Shown here in pieces: positions 9,282 through 19,036 of a DNA stretch of 26,154 bases. A model generated the notes under the pieces. The model saw nothing but the letters and a program-made list of their open reading frames with translations. It was not told the origin of the DNA and ran no database searches. The stretch's first letter is position 1. Each line of letters opens with the position of its first letter. The stretch is taken from IMG/VR virus record IMGVR_UViG_3300005512_000289, positions 1 to 26,154 of that record, one strand, 5' to 3'. The DNA is from a virus (taxonomy: Duplodnaviria; Caudoviricetes). Position numbers and translations under genes: made by a program.

Positions 9282-9656
9282 ATGTGTAAGGCGCGTTTGA
9301 TAATGGCGCTTCTGGCGCTGGTGATTGGCCTGTTTGTATCGGCGCTGGTGCTTACTAGTAGCGCTGCACAAGATGACGTGCGTTACCATCAGCGGTACAT
9401 GAACGCCAGCGGCGGGTTTGTACTGGTAGTGGAAACGCACGTGTTCGCCGAACTTAGCGGGCTTGCAGGCGCAACGCACGTGTTAATCGTGCTGGATGAA
9501 ACCGCTAAATATCTGGAAGCGCACGGTGCGTTACTGGTAGATGTGGCCCGTATTGTTGACGGTAAAATCGGTGTGCCGACGCGGTACCGTATCGCCGCCG
9601 TAGATGCTGACACGGCAGCCGGCTGGACTAACATATGGTTGGTGCAGCATGGCTAA
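9282..9656 (+). CDS. Exported or membrane-anchored hypothetical protein
   Basis: Basic n-region, hydrophobic h-region and SSAA-QDD cleavage-like site; AAGGGG RBS. Confidence 0.65.
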   Translation: MCKARLIMALLALVIGLFVSALVLTSSAAQDDVRYHQRYMNASGGFVLVVETHVFAELSGLAGATHVLIVLDETAKYLEAHGALLVDVARIVDGKIGVPTRYRIAAVDADTAAGWTNIWLVQHG

Positions 9657-10083
9657 CAAGGCGTCTGAGGTGAACTGGTACGATAATGACGTGATGTTGG
9701 TAATCGAAGGCGCGGCGGCGGACGTGCTCAAAAAGGCGGCGTTCCAAATCGAAGCGGAAACCAAAGTTAACATCCGCGACAATGGGCAGATTGATACCGG
9801 CTTCATGATCAACAGCGCGTATGCCTTTACACGCGATACCAGCAACTACGGACAAACACAATCGAGCGGCAAGTATCGCAGCGGTAAAACCGGGCGCATG
9901 GTAGAGCAGGAACGAGCGCCGGAGGTAAGGCTTCCACGCGATGCAGAGGCCGGGGTTGCGGTAGCGGCTGCATACGCCGTTTATCAGGAAGCCGTCAAGC
10001 CGTTTTTGTTTCCGGCGCTGGAAAGTGTACAGCGGCAAATCGGCGGAATCATTCGGGAAACAAAGCGCGAAAAACGACTATAG
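9649..10083 (+). CDS. Tail completion/neck protein (HK97 gp10-like)
   Basis: IDTGFMINS, YAVYQE and PFLFPA motifs. Confidence 0.85.
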   Translation: MANKASEVNWYDNDVMLVIEGAAADVLKKAAFQIEAETKVNIRDNGQIDTGFMINSAYAFTRDTSNYGQTQSSGKYRSGKTGRMVEQERAPEVRLPRDAEAGVAVAAAYAVYQEAVKPFLFPALESVQRQIGGIIRETKREKRL

Positions 10084-10093
10084 GAGGTGTTGA

Positions 10094-10447
10094 ATGGCAC
10101 GCACGGCACTCACTCCAATCACGGTGAGCCTATCTAATGCTGTTGACCTTGCCAGCGAAAGCGAAGCGGCAAACGCTGACGGCGAAAAATTCTACAACAG
10201 CGGAAAGACCTTGCTGTATGTAGCGAACGCCAACGCTGTTACGCGCACTGTCACGGTTCAGACACCGCGCACGGTTGACGGGCTGGCGGTAGCTGAACAT
10301 ACGCAGGAAGTGGCACAGGATGAAACAATGGTTATTGGGCCGTTTCCGCGCGACACGTTTAATCAGACCAGCGGCGACGATGCCGGTATGGTTTACGTTG
10401 ACTTTGACGCTGTGACCGATCTTACTGTGGCGGCAATCGAGTATTAA
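10094..10447 (+). CDS. Hypothetical virion structural protein
   Basis: AGGAGG RBS; N.G..LL.V.N and IGPFP..FNQ pattern; neck/tail position. Confidence 0.7.
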   Translation: MARTALTPITVSLSNAVDLASESEAANADGEKFYNSGKTLLYVANANAVTRTVTVQTPRTVDGLAVAEHTQEVAQDETMVIGPFPRDTFNQTSGDDAGMVYVDFDAVTDLTVAAIEY

Positions 10448-10449
10448 AC

Positions 10450-10842
10450 ATGGCTGTTGACGTGATGAAGCGTATCCGCGATCATGTGCTGGCAAGCAGC
10501 ACGGTTGTCTCCTACGTTGGCAGCAGGGTATACGCCGGTGAGCAGCTGCCGGTAGGCTATAAACCAGCCGATGGCCCGGCGATCCTGTTTAACGTGCGCG
10601 GCGGCGGCATGGCTTATCACAATCTGACAGAAGACCCGTCAATCCAGTATCGCATCTACGGCGAAACACTTAACGACATCTGGGATACATACAACGCGCT
10701 TAAGGATTACCTGACCGATGCGCATGGTGTTTACGTAGCATCGGGGCGCATTGAAACGATGGGGCAGCAATTGGTAGAGCCGGAAACCGACCGCTGGATT
10801 TATATCCTGTGCGGGTTCAGGCATCATGTGCGGGACATTTAG
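10450..10842 (+). CDS. Tail terminator protein (DUF3168 / SPP1 gp17-like)
   Basis: VGSRVY..LP, P.I and IQYRIYG pattern immediately before the tail tube gene. Confidence 0.8.
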   Translation: MAVDVMKRIRDHVLASSTVVSYVGSRVYAGEQLPVGYKPADGPAILFNVRGGGMAYHNLTEDPSIQYRIYGETLNDIWDTYNALKDYLTDAHGVYVASGRIETMGQQLVEPETDRWIYILCGFRHHVRDI

Positions 10843-10863
10843 CGCCCGCCGGGAGGCTTAACT

Positions 10864-11457
10864 ATGGCAGTAGCAGACTTGCTTATTGGCGGCGCCCTTT
10901 TGTACGTTGCGCCTGCGGGCACAGCGTTACCCGCCGATAGCACGGCATGGGGTACAGCATGGGGCGGTAGCTGGGCGGAGTTGGGCAAGCTTAGCGCACC
11001 GCTTTCGGTGATTTATAATATTGAGACAGCAGATGCCGATTGGCAGTATTACCTGTCGGCGGTTGACCGCGCCATCACCAAAGAAGAGTGTATGTTTGAA
11101 TCGGTGATCGGTGAGGTTAACGGCGCGGTCCTGGCTTATCTACTGAATGGCACGACCACCACGACCGCCGCTGGCGAGGGGCAGGTTGGCAAGACGACAA
11201 CCGTCGCCGGTGGCACTGCAATCCTCACGAAATATACATGGGGCGTTGAGGGTATGCGTGTTGACAGTGGCGGTACAGCCCGCCCGCGCCGCTACCAGAT
11301 TAATCGGGGTACGGTAACTATCAACGGAAATCTTGAGATTGACAAATCCGCCTATGGTGGGTTGCCTATCTCGATTAAGGCGCTGACCGATACCAGCAAG
11401 GCACGGGGCCAGCATCTCGTGATCTTCCAGGATGTGACCGCCGCCGCTACCAGCTAA
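10864..11457 (+). CDS. Major tail tube protein
   Basis: G.LYVAPAGTALP..W.ELG N-terminus; GGAGG RBS; precedes the chaperone and tape measure genes. Confidence 0.88.
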   Translation: MAVADLLIGGALLYVAPAGTALPADSTAWGTAWGGSWAELGKLSAPLSVIYNIETADADWQYYLSAVDRAITKEECMFESVIGEVNGAVLAYLLNGTTTTTAAGEGQVGKTTTVAGGTAILTKYTWGVEGMRVDSGGTARPRRYQINRGTVTINGNLEIDKSAYGGLPISIKALTDTSKARGQHLVIFQDVTAAATS

Positions 11458-11469
11458 CGGTAAACAATC

Positions 11470-11492
11470 GGGGCGGGTAACCGCCCCTCTTT
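11470..11492 (+). terminator. Probable partial intrinsic terminator after the tail tube gene
   Basis: GGGGCGG-GTAA-CCGCCCC (GNRA loop) followed by TCTTT. Confidence 0.6.
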
Positions 11493-11507
11493 CGCAAAAG
11501 GGAAACT

Positions 11508-11909
11508 ATGGCGCTAAAAACAATCGATGTTGAGTTGGGCGATACCACGTACACGATTACGCAGCTACCGGCTATCAAGTCACGCCCCTGGCGCGAACGA
11601 CTGATGACTGAGGTAAAGCCGATTTTTGAGCAAATCAGTACGGCGAACGAAGTCACCATCAACAACGCCGCCGACCTGCTGGTACTGATGCCACTTGCAG
11701 AGACGCTGATTGTTGAAGCCGCAGATACGATTATTGATATGGTGTTTGAATACGCGCCGGAACTCGAAGCCGACCGGGAAGCGATTATGAATACCGCCAG
11801 CGAACAGCAATTGGTTGGCGCGTTTTATAAAATGGTGGAACTTATCGACCCTTTCGGGGTGGTGCGGACGCTGAAGCGCAGTGGCTTGCGGTCTATCCCG
11901 ACGACCTAG
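11508..11909 (+). CDS. Tail assembly chaperone (lambda gpG-like)
   Basis: Between tube and tape measure genes; contains the slippery heptamer C CCT TTC at 11849-11855. Confidence 0.85.
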   Translation: MALKTIDVELGDTTYTITQLPAIKSRPWRERLMTEVKPIFEQISTANEVTINNAADLLVLMPLAETLIVEAADTIIDMVFEYAPELEADREAIMNTASEQQLVGAFYKMVELIDPFGVVRTLKRSGLRSIPTT

Positions 11910-12157
11910 CCGAAATCGCCTATGCCGAGTGGGGATTTACACCGGACACAATCGAAACCCTCAGCGACGGCGAAGCGGATCGTTTGCTCAGCAGCTACAT
12001 CCGGCGCAAACGTTGGGAAGCACAGGTTAACGCGGTTGCTATCCTAGAGCCGATAGCCAAGTCATTCAGCAAGTCGGGCAAGGGCGGCAGTCACAAGCCG
12101 GGCCGCTTGGAGCGCGTAAGTGACGACGCGATACTGATGCAAATGGGAGTTATTTAG
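11849..12157 (+). CDS. -1 frameshift extension of the tail chaperone (gpGT-like; predicted fusion 216 aa)
   Basis: The -1 frame is open from the heptamer to TAG 12155-12157 (RGGADAEAQWLAVYPDDLAEIAYAEWGFTPDTIETLS...MQMGVI); this stop overlaps the tape measure GTG. Confidence 0.85.
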   Translation, partial: PFRGGADAEAQWLAVYPDDLAEIAYAEWGFTPDTIETLSDGEADRLLSSYIRRKRWEAQVNAVAILEPIAKSFSKSGKGGSHKPGRLERVSDDAILMQMGVI

Positions 12158-14697
12158 TGCCAATCACCCTAGCTGATGCAGCCATTTTCCTATATGCAAA
12201 CCGACAGCAGCTTGACCGCGATCTTGACGGCGCTGAGCGTGATACACGCAGTTGGGCCGGTCGCGTGGGCGGAGCTGTTGCCAATATCGCGGGTACCGCT
12301 GTTATCGGCGCGGCAACGGCGGCGGCAGGTGCGATTGTCGGCATCGGCGTCGCGGCGTTTAATATCGCCAGTGAGGTTGACCGCGCTACTGATATGCTGC
12401 GCACGCAGTTGGGATTGACCGCCGAAGAAGCCGAGGTGTATGGTGAAACGTTAAAGCGCATTTACGCCGACAACCTCGGTGGCAGTATTGAGGACGTAGG
12501 CGACGCGCTGGCAGTTGTCAGGCAGGGTATACACGGGGCCGCACAAGCGTCCCAGGTTGATCTTGGCAACATGACCGAATACGCGCTTGGCCTGCGTGAC
12601 GCATTTGACATCGACATCAACGAAAGTGTGCGCGTTGCAAATCAGATAATCACACAGTTCGGCGCAACCGGTGACGAGGCGTTTGCGCTGATTACGACCG
12701 GGATGCAGAGCGGGCTAAATTCCACCGATGATTTTATCGACACGTTAAACGAGTACAGCGCCGATTTTGCTGATTTGGGACTTACCGCTGAGCAGGTGCT
12801 TAACGTCCTCAACAGTGGGTTAGAGGGCGGTATCTATAACACGGATAAAATCGGCGACGCGCTGCGAGAATTCAAGATTAACTTATCGGACGCCGGTCGT
12901 CTTGACACAATACGCGGGCTTAATGCCGACATCGACGCAACGGTCGATGCGTTTAATCAGGGCAGAATCACCGGCGTTGATGCGTTCAATCAGATACAGG
13001 TTGCATTGCGCGGTATTGAAGAGCCTATGCGGCGGCAGGAAATCGGCGTCGCTTTTATGGGGTCAATGTGGGAAGACCTCGGCGCAGAGGCTATGCTGGC
13101 ACTCGATACCATGTCGGGCGGCATCGAGGTGCAAGATGACGCGCTTGGAAGTCTAAACGCCCAGTACGACAACTTCGGCAGGATGTTTGAGGGTATCAAA
13201 CGGCAGGCAATCGTAGCGTTGGAACCGCTAGGCGCTAAGCTGCTCGAAATCGCTAACCAAGCGTTGCCCTATTTGTCGCAAGCGTTTGACTGGCTGGCGA
13301 CTGCTATCCCGCCGGTGATCGATTTTATCGTCAATGGGCTAGGCAATGCGTTCTCGCAAATGCTGACGTTCTTCGCGCCTATCATCGAGGCTATCCAGTT
13401 GTTCGCCGGGCAATTCCAGTTCGCCATGACAAACGGCGCGTCGGCCATTGACGCCATCGGGTTTGCTATCAGCAGCGTGCTAGGCGAACAGGCGGGCGGT
13501 ATTTTCCGGGGGGTAGGTGATGCAGCAGGCGGCGTGGTCGGGTTCTTTACCGAGTCACTGGTACCTGCCTTCCAGTCGGTCGCCGCTTGGGTTGGCGAAC
13601 AGATTCCAGTTGTGCTGCAATTCCTGAGCGACGTGTGGGCGAACGTGTTGCAACCTGCAATCGCGGGCGTATGGCAGTTCATACAGGACAGTTTGATACC
13701 TGCCTTCCAGTCGGTCGCGGCGTGGGTTGGCGAAGCTATCCCGCGTGTTATCCAATTCCTCAGCGACGCATGGACAAACGTGCTCAGCCCGGCAATCAAT
13801 TCAATCTGGACGTTTATCCGCGACAACCTGATCCCGATTTTCCAGCGCATTGTCGAATGGTTAGGCACGGCAATCCCGAATGTGATTCGGTTTCTCACTA
13901 ACGCATGGACAAACATCCTGGCACCGGCGTTAAACGTGATCTGGTCGTTTGTGCGCGATAACCTGATTCCGATTTTTGAACAGATTTTCGAGTGGCTAGG
14001 GCAGATAATCCCGCCAATTATCACGGCGCTTGCCAACCTGTGGACCAACCTGTTGCAGCCCGCAATCGAGTTTGTGTGGACGGTGCTCAGCGAACACATT
14101 ATCCCGGTGCTTACTGAGGTGGCGCGTATCATTGGCGAGGTTGTCGGCGTGGCGTTTAACGCAATCGCCGGGATTATCAACAATGTGGTCATGCCGGTGT
14201 TTAATGCAGTTTGGAATTTCATCCAGAACAACATTATCCCGGTGTTTAACTTCCTGGCGACACTGATCACAGACGTTGTTGGCGGCGCATTCAGCGCGGT
14301 ATCAGGCATTATCGAGGGCGTGATCGGCGGCATCGGGTCGGCAATCCAGGGCATCGGCGACTTTATCAATAGCGTGCTGAGCTTTGATTTAGGTGCGGCG
14401 TTAGGTGATATGGTTCCTGAATTCCTGCGGCCCGGCAGCCCGACACCGTTTGAAATCGGGCTGCGCGGTGCTACGGACGCACTTAAACAAATGAAGTCAA
14501 TAGGTGAAATGGACATCGGCGGTTCACTGTCGGCGGCGGGTATTACCGGTGGCACAACCAACAATAATGGCGCAACCAACACGATCAGCATTGGAAACAT
14601 CAGCATTGGCAGCGCCAACACGCAAGAGGAAGCCAACGCCGCCGCCGATATGTTTGTCGGGGCGCTTAACCGGAGAGGGTACACGGTGACCGCATGA
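12157..14697 (+). CDS. Tape measure protein
   Basis: 846 aa, Ala/Gly-rich and helical; DTLNEYS and NTDKIGDALREF motifs; Trp/Phe periodic repeats; C-terminal PGSP. Confidence 0.95.
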   Translation: MPITLADAAIFLYANRQQLDRDLDGAERDTRSWAGRVGGAVANIAGTAVIGAATAAAGAIVGIGVAAFNIASEVDRATDMLRTQLGLTAEEAEVYGETLKRIYADNLGGSIEDVGDALAVVRQGIHGAAQASQVDLGNMTEYALGLRDAFDIDINESVRVANQIITQFGATGDEAFALITTGMQSGLNSTDDFIDTLNEYSADFADLGLTAEQVLNVLNSGLEGGIYNTDKIGDALREFKINLSDAGRLDTIRGLNADIDATVDAFNQGRITGVDAFNQIQVALRGIEEPMRRQEIGVAFMGSMWEDLGAEAMLALDTMSGGIEVQDDALGSLNAQYDNFGRMFEGIKRQAIVALEPLGAKLLEIANQALPYLSQAFDWLATAIPPVIDFIVNGLGNAFSQMLTFFAPIIEAIQLFAGQFQFAMTNGASAIDAIGFAISSVLGEQAGGIFRGVGDAAGGVVGFFTESLVPAFQSVAAWVGEQIPVVLQFLSDVWANVLQPAIAGVWQFIQDSLIPAFQSVAAWVGEAIPRVIQFLSDAWTNVLSPAINSIWTFIRDNLIPIFQRIVEWLGTAIPNVIRFLTNAWTNILAPALNVIWSFVRDNLIPIFEQIFEWLGQIIPPIITALANLWTNLLQPAIEFVWTVLSEHIIPVLTEVARIIGEVVGVAFNAIAGIINNVVMPVFNAVWNFIQNNIIPVFNFLATLITDVVGGAFSAVSGIIEGVIGGIGSAIQGIGDFINSVLSFDLGAALGDMVPEFLRPGSPTPFEIGLRGATDALKQMKSIGEMDIGGSLSAAGITGGTTNNNGATNTISIGNISIGSANTQEEANAAADMFVGALNRRGYTVTA
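13555..14094 (+). repeat. Four tandem 45-aa (135-bp) repeats in the tape measure gene
   Basis: Units start SLVPAF, SLIPAF, NLIPIF, NLIPIF; TACCTGCCTTCCAGTCGGTCGC is identical at 13562 and 13697. Confidence 0.9.
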
Positions 14698-15527
14698 GGT
14701 TGATTAAATTCGGCAGCTTGTGGCTGGCTGAAAATAACGCCACTGATGATTTTAGCCTGTCGATGCGCGTAGCGGATAGCGCGTTACGCGGCGGTTCATT
14801 CGACGGTGACGGCGCGGCGGTATGGCCGGAAGCGCGAACGTTTACCCGGTCGTTTGAGCTGTGGAACACAACGGCGCAGACCATACAGGAACAAATGGAC
14901 CTGCTTAAGACTGAGGTCGCCAGAGGGCGGCGCATCCTGGTTGCTGAAACCCGCGACGGGGACCAGCGGCAGACGTGGGCGAAGTGCGTTGGCTGCACCG
15001 AGTCGATGGCACCGGGCGGGTTAGGGATACAGGGTATTTCTGCCACGTTTCGCGCCATGTATCCATACTGGACGGCCAGCGAAGACGAACCCTATTATTT
15101 TGATGACGGGAACTATTTCGATGGCGGATGGTATCTGGACAGCGGTAACGTAACGGCGGAAACCATCAGCACAACGTCTACCACGCTGACGATTACCAAC
15201 AATGGCAGCGCCGGGTTTGTGCGAGGCGTTCTGAGTGTTACAGCCGGGGCGGGCGAGGGCTTCACCAACCTGCACATCCGAAACAAAACCAACAGCTACG
15301 AGTTGTGGTGGAACGACACGCTGGCGGCAAACGAAACGCTGCGCATCGATTTTAACACCATGACGGCAGAGGTTGACTTCGTTGATGCTTACGCCGGTAT
15401 CGTAATACCAGCGTCACAAATGGACTGGATGCGAATCGAGCCGGGCGTTAACAATATCGTCGTAAACGTGGATAGCGTGACCGGCACGCCTGACCTGCGT
15501 TGGGAATGGGCACGGCATTATCTATGA
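14694..15527 (+). CDS. Distal tail protein (Dit)
   Basis: Follows the tape measure gene; F.A..PYW, ITNNG, LRIDF and IEPGVNNI motifs. Confidence 0.85.
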   Translation: MRLIKFGSLWLAENNATDDFSLSMRVADSALRGGSFDGDGAAVWPEARTFTRSFELWNTTAQTIQEQMDLLKTEVARGRRILVAETRDGDQRQTWAKCVGCTESMAPGGLGIQGISATFRAMYPYWTASEDEPYYFDDGNYFDGGWYLDSGNVTAETISTTSTTLTITNNGSAGFVRGVLSVTAGAGEGFTNLHIRNKTNSYELWWNDTLAANETLRIDFNTMTAEVDFVDAYAGIVIPASQMDWMRIEPGVNNIVVNVDSVTGTPDLRWEWARHYL

Positions 15528-17575
15528 GTAATACACCGTTCAAAATCGCGGTACTGGACGCCAGCGGCAACCGCTTAGGCGGCGGGCCGCTTAATAATGT
15601 TTTCAGTCTCGATACGGTTGATTCGCTTGACGCGATAGGCACGGCGTCATTTAGTGTCCCGGCAAGTGATCCGCGCACGGCGCTCATTACGCCCGGCGTG
15701 CAATTCGATATTTGGGATGAAGTAGACGGCTATCTGGGGCGCTACTTTTACGAGCGGCGCAACCTCAGCGACTCCGGTAATGGTCAGGCAAACATCGGTA
15801 TCGAGGCATACAACGCGCTTGCGGAGTTGTCACGGTATACGGTAGCGTTTCGCCGGTCCTACACATACACGCTGGTCGATGAAGTGGTAGACGACCTGCT
15901 GGCGATTGCGCCGGGGTGGACCTCTACCATTGACGCGGCAATCGGACACACTACCGTGTCGTATGAGGGCGAGTCGGTGCTTATCGCCATTGACGAACTG
16001 CGGGATCGATGGGGCAAACATTACCGTCTGGAAAGCGGCACCAAAAACTTTGGCTTTGGCGCGTTCGGTGTTGATAGCGGCGTCCGCATTACCAACATGG
16101 CTGGACAGGTACCGATTGATATTGACGCGCATACCGAGATCGCTATGGTTTGCAGTATCCAGTTGGTTGAGGAAAGCGGCGCGATTTTTAACCGCATTAT
16201 CCCGCTCGGTGACGGGCAGGGCGTCAGTCAGTTGACCATCCAGCACGCAACGGCAGGCGATTACACCACGCAAACCGGCACGAACAAAGATGGCAGCACA
16301 TACTACTACATCGAAGACGCCGCCAGTATCGCCGCGTATGGCGTGCACGAGCAGGTACTTGCTTATACCAACATCCGCCCAATCACGAACAGCGACGCCA
16401 ATATCGAGTATGCCGCCAATGCGCTTAAGAGGGCGGCAGAGGTGTACATCGGTAAAAACAAGTCGCCAAAAACAACATACAATGTGACGGTAGAGGGCTT
16501 GCGTCGGGCGGTTTTGCCGGGCGATACCGTGCGGCTTGTCTATCGCGGCGTGGTTGACGGTTACGGCTACATGGACCTCAACAGCGACTTTTACGTTATG
16601 GACATCAGCCGCAAGCGCAACGTTAACGGCACGCGGGTAGCCGTGCTGGAAATCAGCAGCGTTAACGACCGCCGCACAAGTGACAGCGACGTGATGATCG
16701 GCGTGATTCACGACCTGAAAGCGCTTAAGCTCCATGTGCAAGCCAGCATTTGTTACCTGAAAGACAATCTCACAAAACGCATCGACAGCAGCACGCCCGC
16801 CACAATGGAAATCAAACTGGGCGACGAAGTGCGGGCGCTGAATTATGCCAAGTTGAAAGTAACGACCGCCACACTCAAGAGCAGTGTGACCAGCGTGGCG
16901 GCGGCGGGCGCAGCAGTGGGCAGCACGGCAAGCGGCGGCAGCAGCACGCCGACCAGCAGCAGCGGCGGAGGCACGTCAACGACCAGTGGCAGCGGTGGCG
17001 GCACAACGCAAACGAGCGGCACGGATAATAACACTCACCAGCACGCAGTTTTTGTAAAGGACTCCATTCCATCGGGTTATACGGCATACCCGGTATCAAT
17101 TTTGTTGAAATCAAGTTCCACATCTCATTTTTATCATACAGGCTACGGCTTGCAGGTGGTAAATTCTGGCACAGCATTAGCAGATCATACACATGATATA
17201 ACTATCCCAAACCATACCCACAGCATCACAATCGCCGCGCATACGCACGACATTACCATCCCGGCGCATACGCACGGCATCGAAATTCCGGCGCACAATC
17301 ACGCCATGTCCTACGGTATCTACAACGACACGGTATATCCGCAGGGTATCAGCCTGTCGATTAACGGCGTAGATGTGACCGCCGCGTTAGGCGGTCCCTG
17401 GGCGGCAACAAATGACGGGATAGAGATTGAATTGGACATTACCGATTATCTGGTCAATGCGTCGGGCGGGTTGCGCCAGACGCACGAACTTGAGTTTACC
17501 TGCACGGGCGGGCGCGGCGAAATCGTGGCCGTGTGCGATATGCTCACCACAATTCAGGCTATCGCGGTAGCGTAG
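15524..17575 (+). CDS. Tal-like baseplate hub / central spike protein
   Basis: ATGA overlap with Dit; NRIIPLG, SIAAYG and PGDTVRL hub motifs; C-terminal Ser/Gly run and HxH repeats. Confidence 0.8.
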   Translation: MSNTPFKIAVLDASGNRLGGGPLNNVFSLDTVDSLDAIGTASFSVPASDPRTALITPGVQFDIWDEVDGYLGRYFYERRNLSDSGNGQANIGIEAYNALAELSRYTVAFRRSYTYTLVDEVVDDLLAIAPGWTSTIDAAIGHTTVSYEGESVLIAIDELRDRWGKHYRLESGTKNFGFGAFGVDSGVRITNMAGQVPIDIDAHTEIAMVCSIQLVEESGAIFNRIIPLGDGQGVSQLTIQHATAGDYTTQTGTNKDGSTYYYIEDAASIAAYGVHEQVLAYTNIRPITNSDANIEYAANALKRAAEVYIGKNKSPKTTYNVTVEGLRRAVLPGDTVRLVYRGVVDGYGYMDLNSDFYVMDISRKRNVNGTRVAVLEISSVNDRRTSDSDVMIGVIHDLKALKLHVQASICYLKDNLTKRIDSSTPATMEIKLGDEVRALNYAKLKVTTATLKSSVTSVAAAGAAVGSTASGGSSTPTSSSGGGTSTTSGSGGGTTQTSGTDNNTHQHAVFVKDSIPSGYTAYPVSILLKSSSTSHFYHTGYGLQVVNSGTALADHTHDITIPNHTHSITIAAHTHDITIPAHTHGIEIPAHNHAMSYGIYNDTVYPQGISLSINGVDVTAALGGPWAATNDGIEIELDITDYLVNASGGLRQTHELEFTCTGGRGEIVAVCDMLTTIQAIAVA

Positions 17576-17585
17576 GAGACTAAGC

Positions 17586-18623
17586 ATGACAACGAATCAC
17601 CATACGAGCATTACCACCGGCGCGGCGGCAAATGCGGCAACGGTAAACAGTCCGCTCGGTGAACTTGATGCAGCCATTAGCGGGTTGATTGCCGGGACCG
17701 AATCAATCGACCTACTAAACCTGACTGATGCGACTGAGCTGACCATCAGCGGAGGCGCGATCACGGTAACGCAGTCCTTCCACACAGTTGATACCGAAGG
17801 CGACACGGCAAGCGACAACCTGGATACCATTAGCGGCGGCGCAGAGGGCGACGTGCTGTTTCTGGTTGCGGCGAATACGGCCCGCGCGATTGTGATCCGT
17901 GACGGCGAAGACAATATTTTCGTCAACGGCGATGGTAACGTTACTCTGGATGATACCGAAAAAGCGGCGCTGTTAATTTGCGACGGCACAAACTGGATGT
18001 GCCAAGCGTTCGGTTCTAGCGCGATTGATGCTACCAACGTAACGTATACACCAACGACAGCAGCGGATTGGGATAGCGATACTGACCCCGGTGATCTTGA
18101 CGACGCATTAGACCAGTTGGCGGAGCGCGTTGATGACCTTGAGGCCGGGCTTGACGCGGGGGCAGTAACCTACACGCCCGGCACGGCGGCGGATTGGGAC
18201 AGTTCCACCGATCCCGGTGATCTTGACGACGCATTAGACCAGCTAGCCGAGCGTGTCACCGATAACGCAACAGGCGCAATCGTGGCAGTGATTGACGGCG
18301 GCGGATTGGCTATCACGACCGGGCGCAAACTGGACATCTCTATTCCGTTTGCATGCACTATCAACAGTCACACCGTACTCGCTGATCAGTCTGGCAGTAT
18401 CGTGATCGACGTATGGAAAGACACGTTAGCCAACTACCCGCCAACGGATGCAGACAGTATCACAGCGAGTGCACCGATAACCATATCATCCGATACTGAC
18501 GCAACGGATAGCACGTTAACCGGGTGGACAACGACAATTAGCGCGGGGGACGTGTTGACATTCAACGTCGATAGCGCCACTACAATCACACGGGCAGTTG
18601 TGACAATCAAGGTTACGCGATAA
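17586..18623 (+). CDS. Tail fibre / receptor-binding-like protein
   Basis: AGGAG RBS; very Asp/Thr-rich; internal 42-aa duplication; C-terminal beta-sandwich-like domain (GSIVIDVWK..ISAGDVLTFNV). Confidence 0.65.
   Translation: MTTNHHTSITTGAAANAATVNSPLGELDAAISGLIAGTESIDLLNLTDATELTISGGAITVTQSFHTVDTEGDTASDNLDTISGGAEGDVLFLVAANTARAIVIRDGEDNIFVNGDGNVTLDDTEKAALLICDGTNWMCQAFGSSAIDATNVTYTPTTAADWDSDTDPGDLDDALDQLAERVDDLEAGLDAGAVTYTPGTAADWDSSTDPGDLDDALDQLAERVTDNATGAIVAVIDGGGLAITTGRKLDISIPFACTINSHTVLADQSGSIVIDVWKDTLANYPPTDADSITASAPITISSDTDATDSTLTGWTTTISAGDVLTFNVDSATTITRAVVTIKVTR
18027..18257 (+). repeat. Tandem 126-bp (42-aa period) duplication
   Basis: VTYTP.TAADWDS.TDPGDLDDALDQLAERV occurs twice; a 30-nt exact match at 18087 and 18213. 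Confidence 0.92.
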
Positions 18624-19027
18624 TGGCAACGATTGGCGAAACGCGAACGCTGGTAAACAATGCTCTGGTCAATATCGCGTTGCGCATCTGGGTAGCGCAA
18701 GGCATCCATATCGCAAAACACCGGCGGTACTGGCAGGGTGCCTGGACGCATACGGAGCCGCCAGCCGACGGTGAACTTGTGGCGGTTGATCCGCTGGCGC
18801 GGGTAGCAGGGGAACAAAAAAGTTGGGCTGAAATGGGAATCTTCGTAGAGGCAATCGACGCGCCGTTCCGATTGCGTGTTGATACCTACGGTGAAAACGA
18901 CGCCGCAGGGTATACGATAATCGCCGAGATTATGTGGTCAGGTAAAACATATGCGCGGGCATATTCGGTGGGACCGGAGTGGCAAATGCGGACGCACGAC
19001 TGGCGCGAAAAGCTATCCAGTATATAA
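18623..19027 (+). CDS. Hypothetical protein (adsorption module)
   Basis: TAATG coupling to the fibre gene; 134-aa ORF filling the operon. Confidence 0.7.
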   Translation: MATIGETRTLVNNALVNIALRIWVAQGIHIAKHRRYWQGAWTHTEPPADGELVAVDPLARVAGEQKSWAEMGIFVEAIDAPFRLRVDTYGENDAAGYTIIAEIMWSGKTYARAYSVGPEWQMRTHDWREKLSSI

Positions 19028-19036
19028 GGATTACGA

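Noticed and set aside
13269-14684. 471-aa - strand ORF
   Set aside because: Antisense shadow of the tape measure gene caused by codon bias; no motifs or RBS
15830-16741. 303-aa - strand ORF
   Set aside because: Lies wholly antisense to the Tal-like gene with no recognisable domain
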